Shown here: one piece after another, positions 1-9,197 of the stretch | Position numbering within the stretch: position 1 is the stretch's first letter | Layout: each line of letters begins with the position of its first letter | Assembly (NCBI GenBank): GCA_040386535.1 | Contig: JAZKFH010000002.1 | Coordinates: forward strand, 1-64,000 | DNA: 64,000 nucleotides | Reading direction: 5' to 3' | DNA from: Myxococcota bacterium | GTDB lineage: Bacteria > Myxococcota_A > UBA796 > SXON01 | Notes under the pieces: model-generated | The model's database searches: none | What the model saw: only the letters and a program-made list of their open reading frames with translations | What the model was told of the DNA's origin: nothing | Translations under genes and position numbers: made by a program

Positions 1-99
1 CTGCACAGTAAACTCGGGGGGGAGCGGTGTCTCAACCACCTTGACACGGAGGGGGATTCCGCCACGCTCTGGTCCCCGCCCGGTGAGCCCCCGGGGGGC

Positions 100-432
100 A
101 TGCATGGCGAGCACGGGTGCCGCATCCAACGTTGCGACACGGACGATCGACGCTCTTTTTCCAAGGCAACTGACGCCGTGCTCACGACGCTCGAGGCGAC
201 ATGGCGGTCTGTTCCCGACGCACCCGGTAAGCTCGAAGCACGGCTCGCGTCGGAGACCCCCTACGACATTTCTCTCGTGCTCGCCTGGCACGTGCTCGCC
301 GTTTGTTTTTACGGCGATACGGACCAAACGGACGACCGCTGGCGTCCTCGGCCCGCGTGGTGCAAGGACGCGCCGTCGATGGACTACGCCCTGGTGGCGC
401 GGTGCTCCGCCGAGATTCCAGTTGCCCCCTGA
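100..432 (+). CDS. Hypothetical protein, possibly the 3' part of a gene or a remnant
   Basis: Short ORF with ordinary composition, ending just before the GGAG and ATG of the next gene; start uncertain. Confidence 0.3.
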   Translation: MHGEHGCRIQRCDTDDRRSFSKATDAVLTTLEATWRSVPDAPGKLEARLASETPYDISLVLAWHVLAVCFYGDTDQTDDRWRPRPAWCKDAPSMDYALVARCSAEIPVAP

Positions 433-446
433 CCTTGGAGAATTCG

Positions 447-1551
447 ATGCCCGACTACTCGCGGCAAAGCGTCGAGCCTCAGCTTGTCCCAACCAACGGC
501 GCGTGCTTGGGCCCCGCAGTTGGGGGAAGCAACGCCGCGGCACAGGAGAGACTCGCCGCTTCTCACGGGGTCGACCCCGTGACGGATTGTGATGAGAGGG
601 ACGATCTCGCGGAGGCACTGACGCGTGACGCCTTCCAAGCCTCGACGTTCGAGGAGAAGAACGTCCGCCCATCGAGCGGGTTCGGGCGCTTCGACGCCGC
701 GTTCGACCCGCAAGCCGGCTCCCTCGACATCACGCTCAAGCTCGCCTTCGACTTCACCTTGCACGAGGGGGCCGATTGGGCCGAGCGGATGCGGGCAGCC
801 TGGAATGGCGAGGAGGGGTGGACAGCGGAGGCGAAGGCAACATTCATCAAGCAATACCGAGAGGTGGTCGAGTCCACCTGGAGCGCCGCTCACATCATCC
901 GATGCGTGCGTCCCGGGTGGGAAGATGTCGCGGCATCCCCCACCTGCACATCGTGGTCGTCGACCCTGCAAGCGAAGATCCACATTACGCGGTGACGGTA
1001 CATGGAGAGCCCCCCGGCTCCGCCCGCGACGACCAGCGCCCGTCCGTGCGGGAACCGGGCGCCTTCGGAGGGCCGGGCACAGCAGAGATGGATCATGACG
1101 ATCCGCAGTCCAGGAGAATTGGCGAGGGCGTACTGAACGCCGAGCGTGCGCGAATCCAAGCCCTCCTTCCCCCGAACGGCGTGCGAGTCGACATGGCTGG
1201 ACCGGAGCCGCGCGTGAGCGGGCCGGAAGAGGCGCGTTTGGCGACCTTGGCGCAGGGACTCGCCCTCTCGGAGCGCTATCCATCTACCCCGCAGCTTCCG
1301 CTTGACGCGATCGGTTGGGCGCAGGCGCCTGAGCAGGTCGAGGCCACGACGGGGCCAAACACAGCGTTGACACGGGCGGGATCTCCGGGGCCGATGCCGG
1401 TGTCGAGGCGCCCGTTACGGACAGGGACACTTCGAGCGTGCTCTCGAAGGGAAGGGACGTGTTGCCGGCACACTACTTGACGTTCTGGGAGGTGCTCACG
1501 CGGATGACCGCCGGGTACCTCGCGCCGTCGGAATGGCGGATCGGGAAGTAG
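447..1551 (+). pseudogene. Fragmented effector/toxin-like gene in three successive frames
   Basis: GGAG (437-440) then ATG at 447. Protein-like sequence changes frame near the C5 run at 937-941 (..EDVAASP / HLHIVVVDP..) and again near 1340, ending DTSSVLSKGRDVLPAHYLTFWEVLTRMT..WRIGK* at TAG 1549-1551. Confidence 0.55.
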
Positions 1552-1640
1552 CTTCGGGACGGTCGGGGCAGCACGATGCCCAGCGGCGTGTCGACGTCGG
1601 TGCCGCCCAAGTTCTGCCCCGCCCCGGAGCGGCCGCAACC

Positions 1641-3956
1641 TCAGACATCGACCTCAACCGAGAACCACCCGTAGACCGCGCCGCTCTCGTTGAGCTTCCC
1701 GAGGTAGTAGGCGGTGTAGATCTCCGCGAACCACTCGCCCTCCGCGCGGAACTGGTAGTCGGTCACCTTCTCGCCGCGCGCGGCGAGCGCGTAGCTGCAC
1801 CACCTCTCCGCGTACGCTTGCACGTACACCCGGCCGCCGATTGCTACCGCCGCGGCGCCGGCGTCACCCTTTTTCCAGAGGCCGCTCTCCCCGGCGAGCC
1901 GGATGTCGCGACAGCGCTTGATCGCGGCGTGCTTCTCCAGCCGTTTCCAGGCCTCGGCGCCGCCTGCCAGGGTCTTCGCGCCGTCCTCGTTCGCCCGGAG
2001 CGCCCTCTCGAGTAGCTCGCGCCTCACCGCCTCGGACAACGTGGACACCTCGGGCGCGGCCGCGAACGCGAGGCCCACGTCGATCACCACCGCGATCGAC
2101 GCGGGGGTCTCGGCCCGCCAGGCGCCGTAGTCGGGGTTCCCGACCTTCCCGGCCATGAAGCTCCGGTGATCGTCCACCGCGTGCCCCAGCTCGTGGAGCG
2201 TCACGTGGTCGAACGCCTTGACCTTGCCCGCGCGTCCGGTCTGCCCGATGGTCGTTTGATCGGCGTTCCAGCCCGTCTTGCGTACGTCGAGCTTGAGCAC
2301 GCCTACACCTTTTTCATAGGAGCCCGACGACGCCGTCACGCCCGTCTTGGTGCGCTTGATGGTCGCGAGCCTGGCGTTCGTCGCGGTGTGGGTCTCGGGC
2401 ACCATCGAGAGCACGCGGTACAGGCGCGGCAAGGAGCGCGTCGTGTGCTCCCCCTCCAGCTTGCATCCGAAGCGCGCCTCGACCGCGCCCCTGACGAAGG
2501 CCTTGAGCTCGTCGGTCTTGGCGCTCGTGCCGATGTCGGTGACCATTTGATCGAGCAACGCCGGCCCGTTCGGCAGCTCGACGAGCCGCGCGAGCACCTT
2601 GGGGTTCTTCGCGAGGTCGGCCGTCAGCTTCACCCGTACGGCGCCCCGCTTGACGGCGTTCGCGTCCTCCGCCTCCCGCCCGAACGCCGCGGCCGAGGCG
2701 CTCGCCACGATGCGCTCGACCCGGGCGACGGCGGCGTCGATTGTACGGACGAGCTTCGTGACGGCGTCGCTGGCGTCGGGGTACAGCTTGCCGCGGCGCT
2801 CTTTTTCGTAGGCCACCGCGGATCGGAGGGCCGTCATGGACTTGACGAGGTCCTCGATGTCCTGGACCCGCTTCTGGCCGCGTGCCTCGTCCGCGGGGTT
2901 TGAAGAGTGGAGGAGCGCGCCGAGCTCCTCGATGGTGCCCTTCTGGGCATGGATGCGGACCACGCGGTCCGCCCGGGTGAGCAGCGCGGCCGCTTCGGTC
3001 ACCCAGGTCCGGGTCTTTTCATACGTTTGGACACCGACATCCTGCTCGAGAGTCTCGATCTCCGCGACGGCGGGGTGCGGCGTCGCGAGGGCGGCGAGAT
3101 CCGCCTCGATCCACTGCACGGCGGCCATGCAGCGTGCCACGAGCTCGCCGAGCGCCCCGACGCTGGCAGGGGCTCGCGCCACATCGAGACCGCGGATCTG
3201 CCGCTCGGCGGCGGCCTGCACCGCGCGGAGCTCGGCGTGCACCGGCAGGAGGGCGGCCTCGGCCCGGCCCTGCTCCACCACGTCGTCGGCAGCGGCGGCG
3301 CGCAGGCGCTTCGCCGCGCTCAACCTCACGGCTGCGAAACGTGCCGCAAGCTCCCTGACGGCGGCGAGCGCGAGCTCGGGGCCGACCTCGAAAGCGAGCT
3401 CGTTGATCGGCGCGTCGTCCTCCTCGTCCTCGTCCTCCTCCTCGTCGTCGTCGTCCTCCTCCTCTTCTTCCTCTTCCTCCTCCTCCACCACCACCTCGTC
3501 CGGCTCGACAGGGGTGGTGTCGACGAGGGCGGTCGTATCGACGGCGCGGGCGACCGAGGCCGTGAGGAGTGGGTCCACGCCGGCGCCCTGCGCGCCGTTG
3601 GCCGTCAGCGCGACCTTGAGCTCGCGCAGGTGCACTTTCAGCGCCGACGGATCCATGACCTTGTTGGCCTTGGTGGAGGGGTAGACGGTCCAGACCCCCG
3701 CCTCGATGACCGCCGCGCCGCGGATCACGAACCACGCCCCCGGCTTGGACGCGGTCACTCCGGTGTCGGTCTTGTAGAGCGCCTTGAACGTCTCGATCGT
3801 GGCCTGGATCGCCCTGCGCCCGAAGATCACCCGGGGAGGGCTCTTCGGGCCGTCGACGCGCACGATGCAGAAGTGGACGGCCGTGCCTTCGTTCTTGGCA
3901 CGGATGCGCTTGAGGGCGGCGTCGATGTTGGCCTTGACGGGGCTCGGGTAGGGCAT
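1641..3956 (-). CDS. 771-aa protein: N-terminal domain, poly-Glu/Asp tract, helical region, C-terminal HExxH zinc metallopeptidase-like domain
   Basis: TLHELGHAVD plus a distal EWFAEIY Glu motif (lethal-factor/gluzincin-like arrangement); GGAG upstream of the ATG. Confidence 0.75.
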   Translation of the reverse strand: MPYPSPVKANIDAALKRIRAKNEGTAVHFCIVRVDGPKSPPRVIFGRRAIQATIETFKALYKTDTGVTASKPGAWFVIRGAAVIEAGVWTVYPSTKANKVMDPSALKVHLRELKVALTANGAQGAGVDPLLTASVARAVDTTALVDTTPVEPDEVVVEEEEEEEEEEDDDDEEEDEDEEDDAPINELAFEVGPELALAAVRELAARFAAVRLSAAKRLRAAAADDVVEQGRAEAALLPVHAELRAVQAAAERQIRGLDVARAPASVGALGELVARCMAAVQWIEADLAALATPHPAVAEIETLEQDVGVQTYEKTRTWVTEAAALLTRADRVVRIHAQKGTIEELGALLHSSNPADEARGQKRVQDIEDLVKSMTALRSAVAYEKERRGKLYPDASDAVTKLVRTIDAAVARVERIVASASAAAFGREAEDANAVKRGAVRVKLTADLAKNPKVLARLVELPNGPALLDQMVTDIGTSAKTDELKAFVRGAVEARFGCKLEGEHTTRSLPRLYRVLSMVPETHTATNARLATIKRTKTGVTASSGSYEKGVGVLKLDVRKTGWNADQTTIGQTGRAGKVKAFDHVTLHELGHAVDDHRSFMAGKVGNPDYGAWRAETPASIAVVIDVGLAFAAAPEVSTLSEAVRRELLERALRANEDGAKTLAGGAEAWKRLEKHAAIKRCRDIRLAGESGLWKKGDAGAAAVAIGGRVYVQAYAERWCSYALAARGEKVTDYQFRAEGEWFAEIYTAYYLGKLNESGAVYGWFSVEVDV
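3414..3486 (-). repeat. Low-complexity tract encoding a continuous Glu/Asp run
   Basis: (TCC/TCG/TCT)n on the + strand. Confidence 0.9.
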
Positions 3957-3962
3957 GGTGTC

Positions 3963-4637
3963 TCAGGCGGCGAGGAGGCGGTGGAGGTCGACGAAGGCAC
4001 CCAGGGAGAGGGCGTCACGCAGCGGCTGGAAGGCCGGGGCGGCGACGTCGGCGAGCAGCGCTCGCGGAACGACCAGCTCCTCGAGCGCGGCGCCCGTGGT
4101 GCCGACCATCCACAGGAGGGTGAGGGTCGTGGCCTCCGCCGCGGTGAGGCGGAGCTCGACGCCGTCAGCGAGGGGGATGGGGCCGCCCGCGCGGAGGATC
4201 GTCGTCTTCACGACTTCGAGCGCCACGTCGTCGATGCCGAGGTGTCCGCAGATGAGCTTCTCCCGGAGCCCAGCCCAGCCGAAGGTCACCCGGCGGGACA
4301 GCCTGCGTCCGATTTCCCGGGCGGGCCCCGGCGCGATGGGCCCGAAGGTGCGATCGAAGAGGTCGTCGGCCGCCCCCTCCAGGTCCTTCCACGCGTCCTG
4401 GGACGCGATCGGCTCGATCAGGAGCCATTCGCCGCGGCTCGGGTCCACGTAGGACAGGCGCGGCTCCAGCCGGAAAGCCACCGCGCAGTGCGGGCACGCC
4501 TGGCGTCCAAGCGTGTCGCCTAGGATGGCGGCACGGAGGTCGGCGCGGCGCTGGCCGTTGATGCTGTAGTAGACCTCGATCCGCACGGGCTTCGCGCACG
4601 CAGGGCACGCGGCCTCCTCCACCTCGCTCATCGACAT
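3963..4637 (-). CDS. CpXC domain-containing protein
   Basis: CPAC and CPHC zinc knuckles with SINGxRRxDLRxAIL and YVDP, typical of CpXC; ends 6 nt before the peptidase gene. Confidence 0.8.
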   Translation of the reverse strand: MSMSEVEEAACPACAKPVRIEVYYSINGQRRADLRAAILGDTLGRQACPHCAVAFRLEPRLSYVDPSRGEWLLIEPIASQDAWKDLEGAADDLFDRTFGPIAPGPAREIGRRLSRRVTFGWAGLREKLICGHLGIDDVALEVVKTTILRAGGPIPLADGVELRLTAAEATTLTLLWMVGTTGAALEELVVPRALLADVAAPAFQPLRDALSLGAFVDLHRLLAA

Positions 4638-4740
4638 CGGGCTCCCGGGGGGGAGGCGGATGGTACAGGATGGCGGTGCTCCGTCCTGAAGCAGAAGTGC
4701 TGGACGTCATAGAACGAGGCTACTCAGGCACGACGCCCAA

Positions 4741-6642
4741 TCAAGGCCCCCCGAGCTTCTGCCGCTCGGCCGTGGCGGCGGCGCGAAGCTTCGGATCGGT
4801 CGTCTCGATGGCGATCCCGAGCTTCGCGTGGCCGCCCGCTTTGTCGCCCAGGGCGTAGAGCGTCCAGCCGAGCTTGTAGTTCGCGAACGTGTAGAAGCGG
4901 GAGGTCGGGTCGGCGGTGGCCTGCTCGTAGGCAGCCCGGGCCTGGGTGAGCTCGTTGCGGGCGAAGTGGTGCTCGCCGAGCAGCAGCCACGCGTCGGGTG
5001 CACGCTCGGACGTGGGCCAGGTCCGCACCAGGCGGGTCGCCTCCGCGAACGTGCGTGTCGGGTCGGTCGCGGCGACGTGCCACGCACCTTCGGCGCCGTT
5101 CTCCTTCAGGACCCGCTCGTAGATGGCCGCGGATTCCGCCGGGGCGAGCGCCGCCAGGCGCAGCAACGCCTCGACGCGTTGATGCTCGGTGACGCCGCGG
5201 GGGACCAGCTGTCGGAGCAGGGGCAGGGCGGCGATCGCGGGCGGCGGGGCCCCGGCGTCGCGCGCGGCGACCTCCTGCGCGTAGGCGGCCTCGAAGCGGA
5301 GCACCTCGGCCTGGTACAACAGGTCGCGGAGGGACGCCTCCTCGGTCGCCAGCCGGTCGACCAACGCGAGGCCGGCTCGCTCCTCGAGGCGCGCACGGTC
5401 CGTTGCGATCCCGGCAAGCAGCCCGCTCCCCATCACGTCCCGCCACTTCCGGGGCTGCCGGACCACCACCTCCTCCTCCGTCCGCAGCTGGTCGAGATGC
5501 CCCACCACTTCCGCGATGTCCTGGGTCCGGTAGACGGCGGTCAGCAGCGCCGGCGGCAGCGCGCTCTTCGTGCGATTCCCCAAGACACGGAACGCCTCCG
5601 CGGCCGGGGCCCGACCCGCATCGCCCACGTACCGGTCGACCCCCTCGCGCAGCTGCGCCTGCACCGGCCGGTAGCGCGCCTCGAAGGCCTCGGCGCTCGC
5701 CATCGCGTCGGCGTACCGCCCCGCGTCGAAGTGCTGCAGCCCGCGGAGGTAGGCGGCCTCGGGGAGCCAGGCGGCGTCGGGCACCTTGTCCAGTGTCGGG
5801 CCGGCGTCGTGACCCGACCTGTACTTGCACCACGCGAGTCCCAACAGGGCATCGGGTTGGTAGGGCGAGTCGACGTGCACGTACCCGAAGTACTTCTCCG
5901 CGTCCGCGAAGTTCTCGATGGCGTAGTACACCCGGGCGATGAGCAGGAGCGACAGATCGCGGAGAGCATCGGCGGGAACGGGCGAATCGGGCCCCAGGTC
6001 GGGAAGCCGCGCGACGGCGGTGGCCCCTTTCACCGCGCTCTTGAGCTGGCCCCTCGACCTGTAGACGACCGACTCCACGTACAGCGCTTGCCAGTAGCGG
6101 TGCGACTTGTCGCTCACCTGGGCCAGGTACCGCCGCGCCTCCGAGAGCTCGCCCCGCCCGAAGTGGTGGAGCCCGCGCTGATAGTAGAGCTCGTTGAGCA
6201 AGTTCCGCGGAAACGCTTCGGGCGGCAGCCGCGCGGCGAGAGTGGCGATCTCCGCGTCGTCACCGATAGCCTCGGCGATCGTGAGCAGCTTGGAGAGCGA
6301 GTAGGGAAAGAACAGGTCCGCGGGGCCAGCCTCGACGACGATGACGAACTGGCGCTGCGCCGAATGGAGGAGCCCCAGGTCGAAGAAGGCGCGGCCAAGG
6401 TAGTACCGGAGCAAGGACTCGTGCTCCGGGTACGTTCGGAGGCGGAGGAGCTCGGTGAGGGCGAGGCTCGCCCCGTGGTGGTCGCCCTCGTCGAACATCA
6501 CGATCGCGTGGCGGATCGGCGCGGGATGGGACGGTGCGGACGGTGGCGACGCCTCGGGGGCGGCCTGTGCTGGCGCCAGTTCGGGCGGCGAGGCCGCCGA
6601 GGTGGAAACGAAACAGGTCAGCAGGATCCCGAGTGCGAACAT
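4741..6642 (-). CDS. Exported TPR protein, GltC-like, with a GltD-like C-terminal TPR block
   Basis: Signal peptide, Pro/Ala linker and multiple TPRs (YYLGRAFFDLG, ELYYQRG, PDAWLLLGEHHF, NYKLGW). Glt similarity is from recall only. Confidence 0.65.
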   Translation of the reverse strand: MFALGILLTCFVSTSAASPPELAPAQAAPEASPPSAPSHPAPIRHAIVMFDEGDHHGASLALTELLRLRTYPEHESLLRYYLGRAFFDLGLLHSAQRQFVIVVEAGPADLFFPYSLSKLLTIAEAIGDDAEIATLAARLPPEAFPRNLLNELYYQRGLHHFGRGELSEARRYLAQVSDKSHRYWQALYVESVVYRSRGQLKSAVKGATAVARLPDLGPDSPVPADALRDLSLLLIARVYYAIENFADAEKYFGYVHVDSPYQPDALLGLAWCKYRSGHDAGPTLDKVPDAAWLPEAAYLRGLQHFDAGRYADAMASAEAFEARYRPVQAQLREGVDRYVGDAGRAPAAEAFRVLGNRTKSALPPALLTAVYRTQDIAEVVGHLDQLRTEEEVVVRQPRKWRDVMGSGLLAGIATDRARLEERAGLALVDRLATEEASLRDLLYQAEVLRFEAAYAQEVAARDAGAPPPAIAALPLLRQLVPRGVTEHQRVEALLRLAALAPAESAAIYERVLKENGAEGAWHVAATDPTRTFAEATRLVRTWPTSERAPDAWLLLGEHHFARNELTQARAAYEQATADPTSRFYTFANYKLGWTLYALGDKAGGHAKLGIAIETTDPKLRAAATAERQKLGGP

Positions 6643-6727
6643 GGGCGCATGCTAACGCCGCGGGAGCGCGTGGTGGGGGGGAGGGGGTGGTTGGTTATGG
6701 GCCGTCGATGACGGCTGCGCCTCCGTC

Positions 6728-7351
6728 GTGAACCGGCTGCTCGACCAGGTCTGGGTCCTCTGGGTCTACCCACAGTGGGCCCCCGTGGGCGAGCGCTGGA
6801 CAGGGCCCGGCCCCGACGATTTCGCCGGATTGGCGCGCGACCTGCTGGCCACCTGGGACAGCGTCTGCGAGCGGATTCGCGGCTCCGGCGAGCCCCCGCC
6901 CTACTACACGTTCTCGGCCGGCGTCCGCGCCGCGACCCTGCGCCGTGCGGGGCTGGGGGAGCCGCTCGAGGCCCTCACGCACACCGAGCGGGACTGCATC
7001 CGTGGCCTCGGTCTCGACGTGAAGGTCGCGGCGGAGAAGATCGCCAAGGTCCCGGCCCCGGAGCTGTCCGACACGGACTTCACGCCGCAGTTCACCCGCG
7101 CGCTGCACTCCGCCTTCTCGCGGCCCGGCGACGACGCCGACCGCCCGCGCCTGCGTCGGGACATCGAGCACTGCGTCATCCAACATTACGCCTGGGTGGC
7201 CGAGACCGGCGTTGAGAACCTCCCACTCTCGTTCGCGGCCGCCTTCGCGGCGGGGCTCGCCGAGGCCCGTCCCGGCCTGCTCCCTGGGACGGAACTCGCG
7301 GCTTCCGTGCTGCGGGTTCTCGGGCCGGAGGGGATCGAACCGGGCGCCTGA
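6728..7351 (+). CDS. Hypothetical protein
   Basis: 207-aa ORF with high GC3 and globular composition. Confidence 0.7.
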   Translation: MNRLLDQVWVLWVYPQWAPVGERWTGPGPDDFAGLARDLLATWDSVCERIRGSGEPPPYYTFSAGVRAATLRRAGLGEPLEALTHTERDCIRGLGLDVKVAAEKIAKVPAPELSDTDFTPQFTRALHSAFSRPGDDADRPRLRRDIEHCVIQHYAWVAETGVENLPLSFAAAFAAGLAEARPGLLPGTELAASVLRVLGPEGIEPGA

Positions 7352-7431
7352 ACCGCGGCCAGCCCGCGCTCGGGGTGGGGCCTTCGCGGAGTGCGGCCGC
7401 GAAGGGACGGTGGCAGGACACCCCAAACCGT

Positions 7432-7631
7432 ACCGGCCAAGAGTGGGGGGCCTTGCCGCCAGGGGGTGCCACCTTTGGCCGCTTTGTGGCTGATTTCCGG
7501 TCCTCGCGCGCGGGATGCATCGTAGTTGTCGGCGTTCCTCCGCGGGGCGTGCGCGTTCGGGGCACGATTGGGCACACCGACCGGCCAAGAGTGGGGGGCC
7601 TTGCCGCCAGGGGGTGCCACTCTTGGCCGCT
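7432..7631. repeat. Two 52-bp palindromic direct repeats (REP-like) at 7432-7483 and 7580-7631
   Basis: 50/52 identical; copy 2 has a perfect 13-bp stem CGGCCAAGAGTGG/CCACTCTTGGCCG. Confidence 0.9.
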
Positions 7632-7916
7632 CGGCGCCGGATTCCCGAGCGTTGAGCGCCGAGATCGTGCCGTTCCGCTCCCCGCGTGAGGCACGCGGAG
7701 GGCGCCGCCTCTGGCGGCGGTCCGTCTGGCCGCGCTCGGGCGGCCGGACGACCGAGCGGCCTCGCCGCTCGCCCGGAGCGCGCCGACCCCGCCCCCGGCG
7801 GGGGCACGCCCTTCCGATACACCGCTACGCCGAGCTGCGGAAACCCGCGGCTGACCGGAGCCGAGCGCCCCGCCAGAACGACCGCCTCCGCCCGCGTCGG
7901 GATAGGCTGCCGCCGC

Positions 7917-9197
7917 ATGCCAAGCCATCCCACCCGCTCCAAGGTCAACCCCGGTCGCGCCGCCGCGGTCCAGGCGCTCCTCGCCGTCGAACGTGGCGAA
8001 CACGCCGAGGACGCCCTCGCGCGCCTCGCCCCGCGTGACCCCGCGGATCGGGCCCTCGCCTGGCACCTCGTGCTCGGCATCCTGCGCAACCGCCCCGCGG
8101 TCGACGCGATCGTGCAACAGGCGGCCAAACGCACCACGAAGAACCTCGACCCCGAGGTGCTCGCCGCGCTGCGGATGGGCGTGTTCGAGCTCCGCCGTTC
8201 GCGCGTGCCGCCCCACGCCGCGGTGGACCAGGCGGTCGAGGCCTGCCGCGCCGCCGGGGTCGGCCACGCCGCGGGCTTCGTGAACGCGGTGCTGCGCAAC
8301 CAAGGCAGCTTCGACCCCGACGAGGACTCGCGCCTGGGCCACCCCGCGTGGCTGGTGCACCGCTGGCGCCGTCGGTACGGCGCGGACGCCGACCGGTGGA
8401 TGGTGGCGAACAACGAGCCCGCGCCCGTCTACATCGCCGCGAAGGAGGACCCCGCGGGCGTGTCGCGCATGTTCCAGCACCGCGGCCTCACGCTCACGCC
8501 GGTGGGGCACGACCTGTTCCGCCTGCCCGAGGGGGCCGGCAACATCGACGATCTGCCCGGTTTCGCCGAGGGGCAATGGTGGGTGATGGATCCCGCGGCG
8601 GCGGCGGTGGCCGATCTCGTGGGGGACATCGCCGAGGGCACCGAGGTGCTCGACGTGTGCGCGGCCCCCGGTGGCAAGAGCTTCCGCCTGGCCAGCCGCG
8701 GCGCGCGCGTGCACGCCACGGACGTCGATCCCAAGCGGCTCGAGCGCGTGCAGGAGGGCGCCGAGCGGCTCGATCTCGCGGTGTGGGGCGAGGCCCACGA
8801 CTGGACCACCGGCCCGCTGGATCGCACGTTCCCGCTGGTGCTGGTCGACGCGCCGTGCACCGGTCTCGGCACGTTGCGGCGCCATCCGGACATCCGCTGG
8901 CGTCGCAAGCAGGAGGACATCGCCGCCGCCGCGTCGAAGCAGTGGGCGATCCTCCAGAACGCCGCGCGGTGCGTGGCGCCCGGCGGCGCGCTGGTCTACG
9001 CGGTGTGCTCGCCGGAGCCCGAGGAGGGCGAGGACATCGCGAAGAAGCTCGGCTGGCGCGCGGAGCTGGTGTTCGACAACGCGCCGGGCCTCATCGGCGA
9101 GGACGTGTTCTGGGGCGTGCGGATGCGTGCGCCCGGCGGCCCAAGCGATGCCGCGGTGCCGACGGAGGCGACCCCCCTGGAGCTGGGCGAGCCGTGA
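7917..9197 (+). CDS. rsmB: RsmB/Sun family RNA m5C methyltransferase with NusB-like N-terminus
   Basis: GFVNAVLR, DVCAAPGGKS, DAPCTG and YAVCS motifs; ATG 7917 chosen as start. Confidence 0.9.
   Translation: MPSHPTRSKVNPGRAAAVQALLAVERGEHAEDALARLAPRDPADRALAWHLVLGILRNRPAVDAIVQQAAKRTTKNLDPEVLAALRMGVFELRRSRVPPHAAVDQAVEACRAAGVGHAAGFVNAVLRNQGSFDPDEDSRLGHPAWLVHRWRRRYGADADRWMVANNEPAPVYIAAKEDPAGVSRMFQHRGLTLTPVGHDLFRLPEGAGNIDDLPGFAEGQWWVMDPAAAAVADLVGDIAEGTEVLDVCAAPGGKSFRLASRGARVHATDVDPKRLERVQEGAERLDLAVWGEAHDWTTGPLDRTFPLVLVDAPCTGLGTLRRHPDIRWRRKQEDIAAAASKQWAILQNAARCVAPGGALVYAVCSPEPEEGEDIAKKLGWRAELVFDNAPGLIGEDVFWGVRMRAPGGPSDAAVPTEATPLELGEP

Noticed and set aside
7432..7631. CRISPR array
   Set aside because: Only two repeats, 52 bp long with a 96-bp spacer, and no cas genes.
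8348..9193. N-terminal extension of MutS, and similar extensions at 7686, 11341, 14526, 24542, 31055, 38217, 49667 and 59437
   Set aside because: Arg/Gly/Pro-rich off-frame read-through of neighbouring genes in GC-rich DNA; better starts exist at stop/start overlaps or SD sites.
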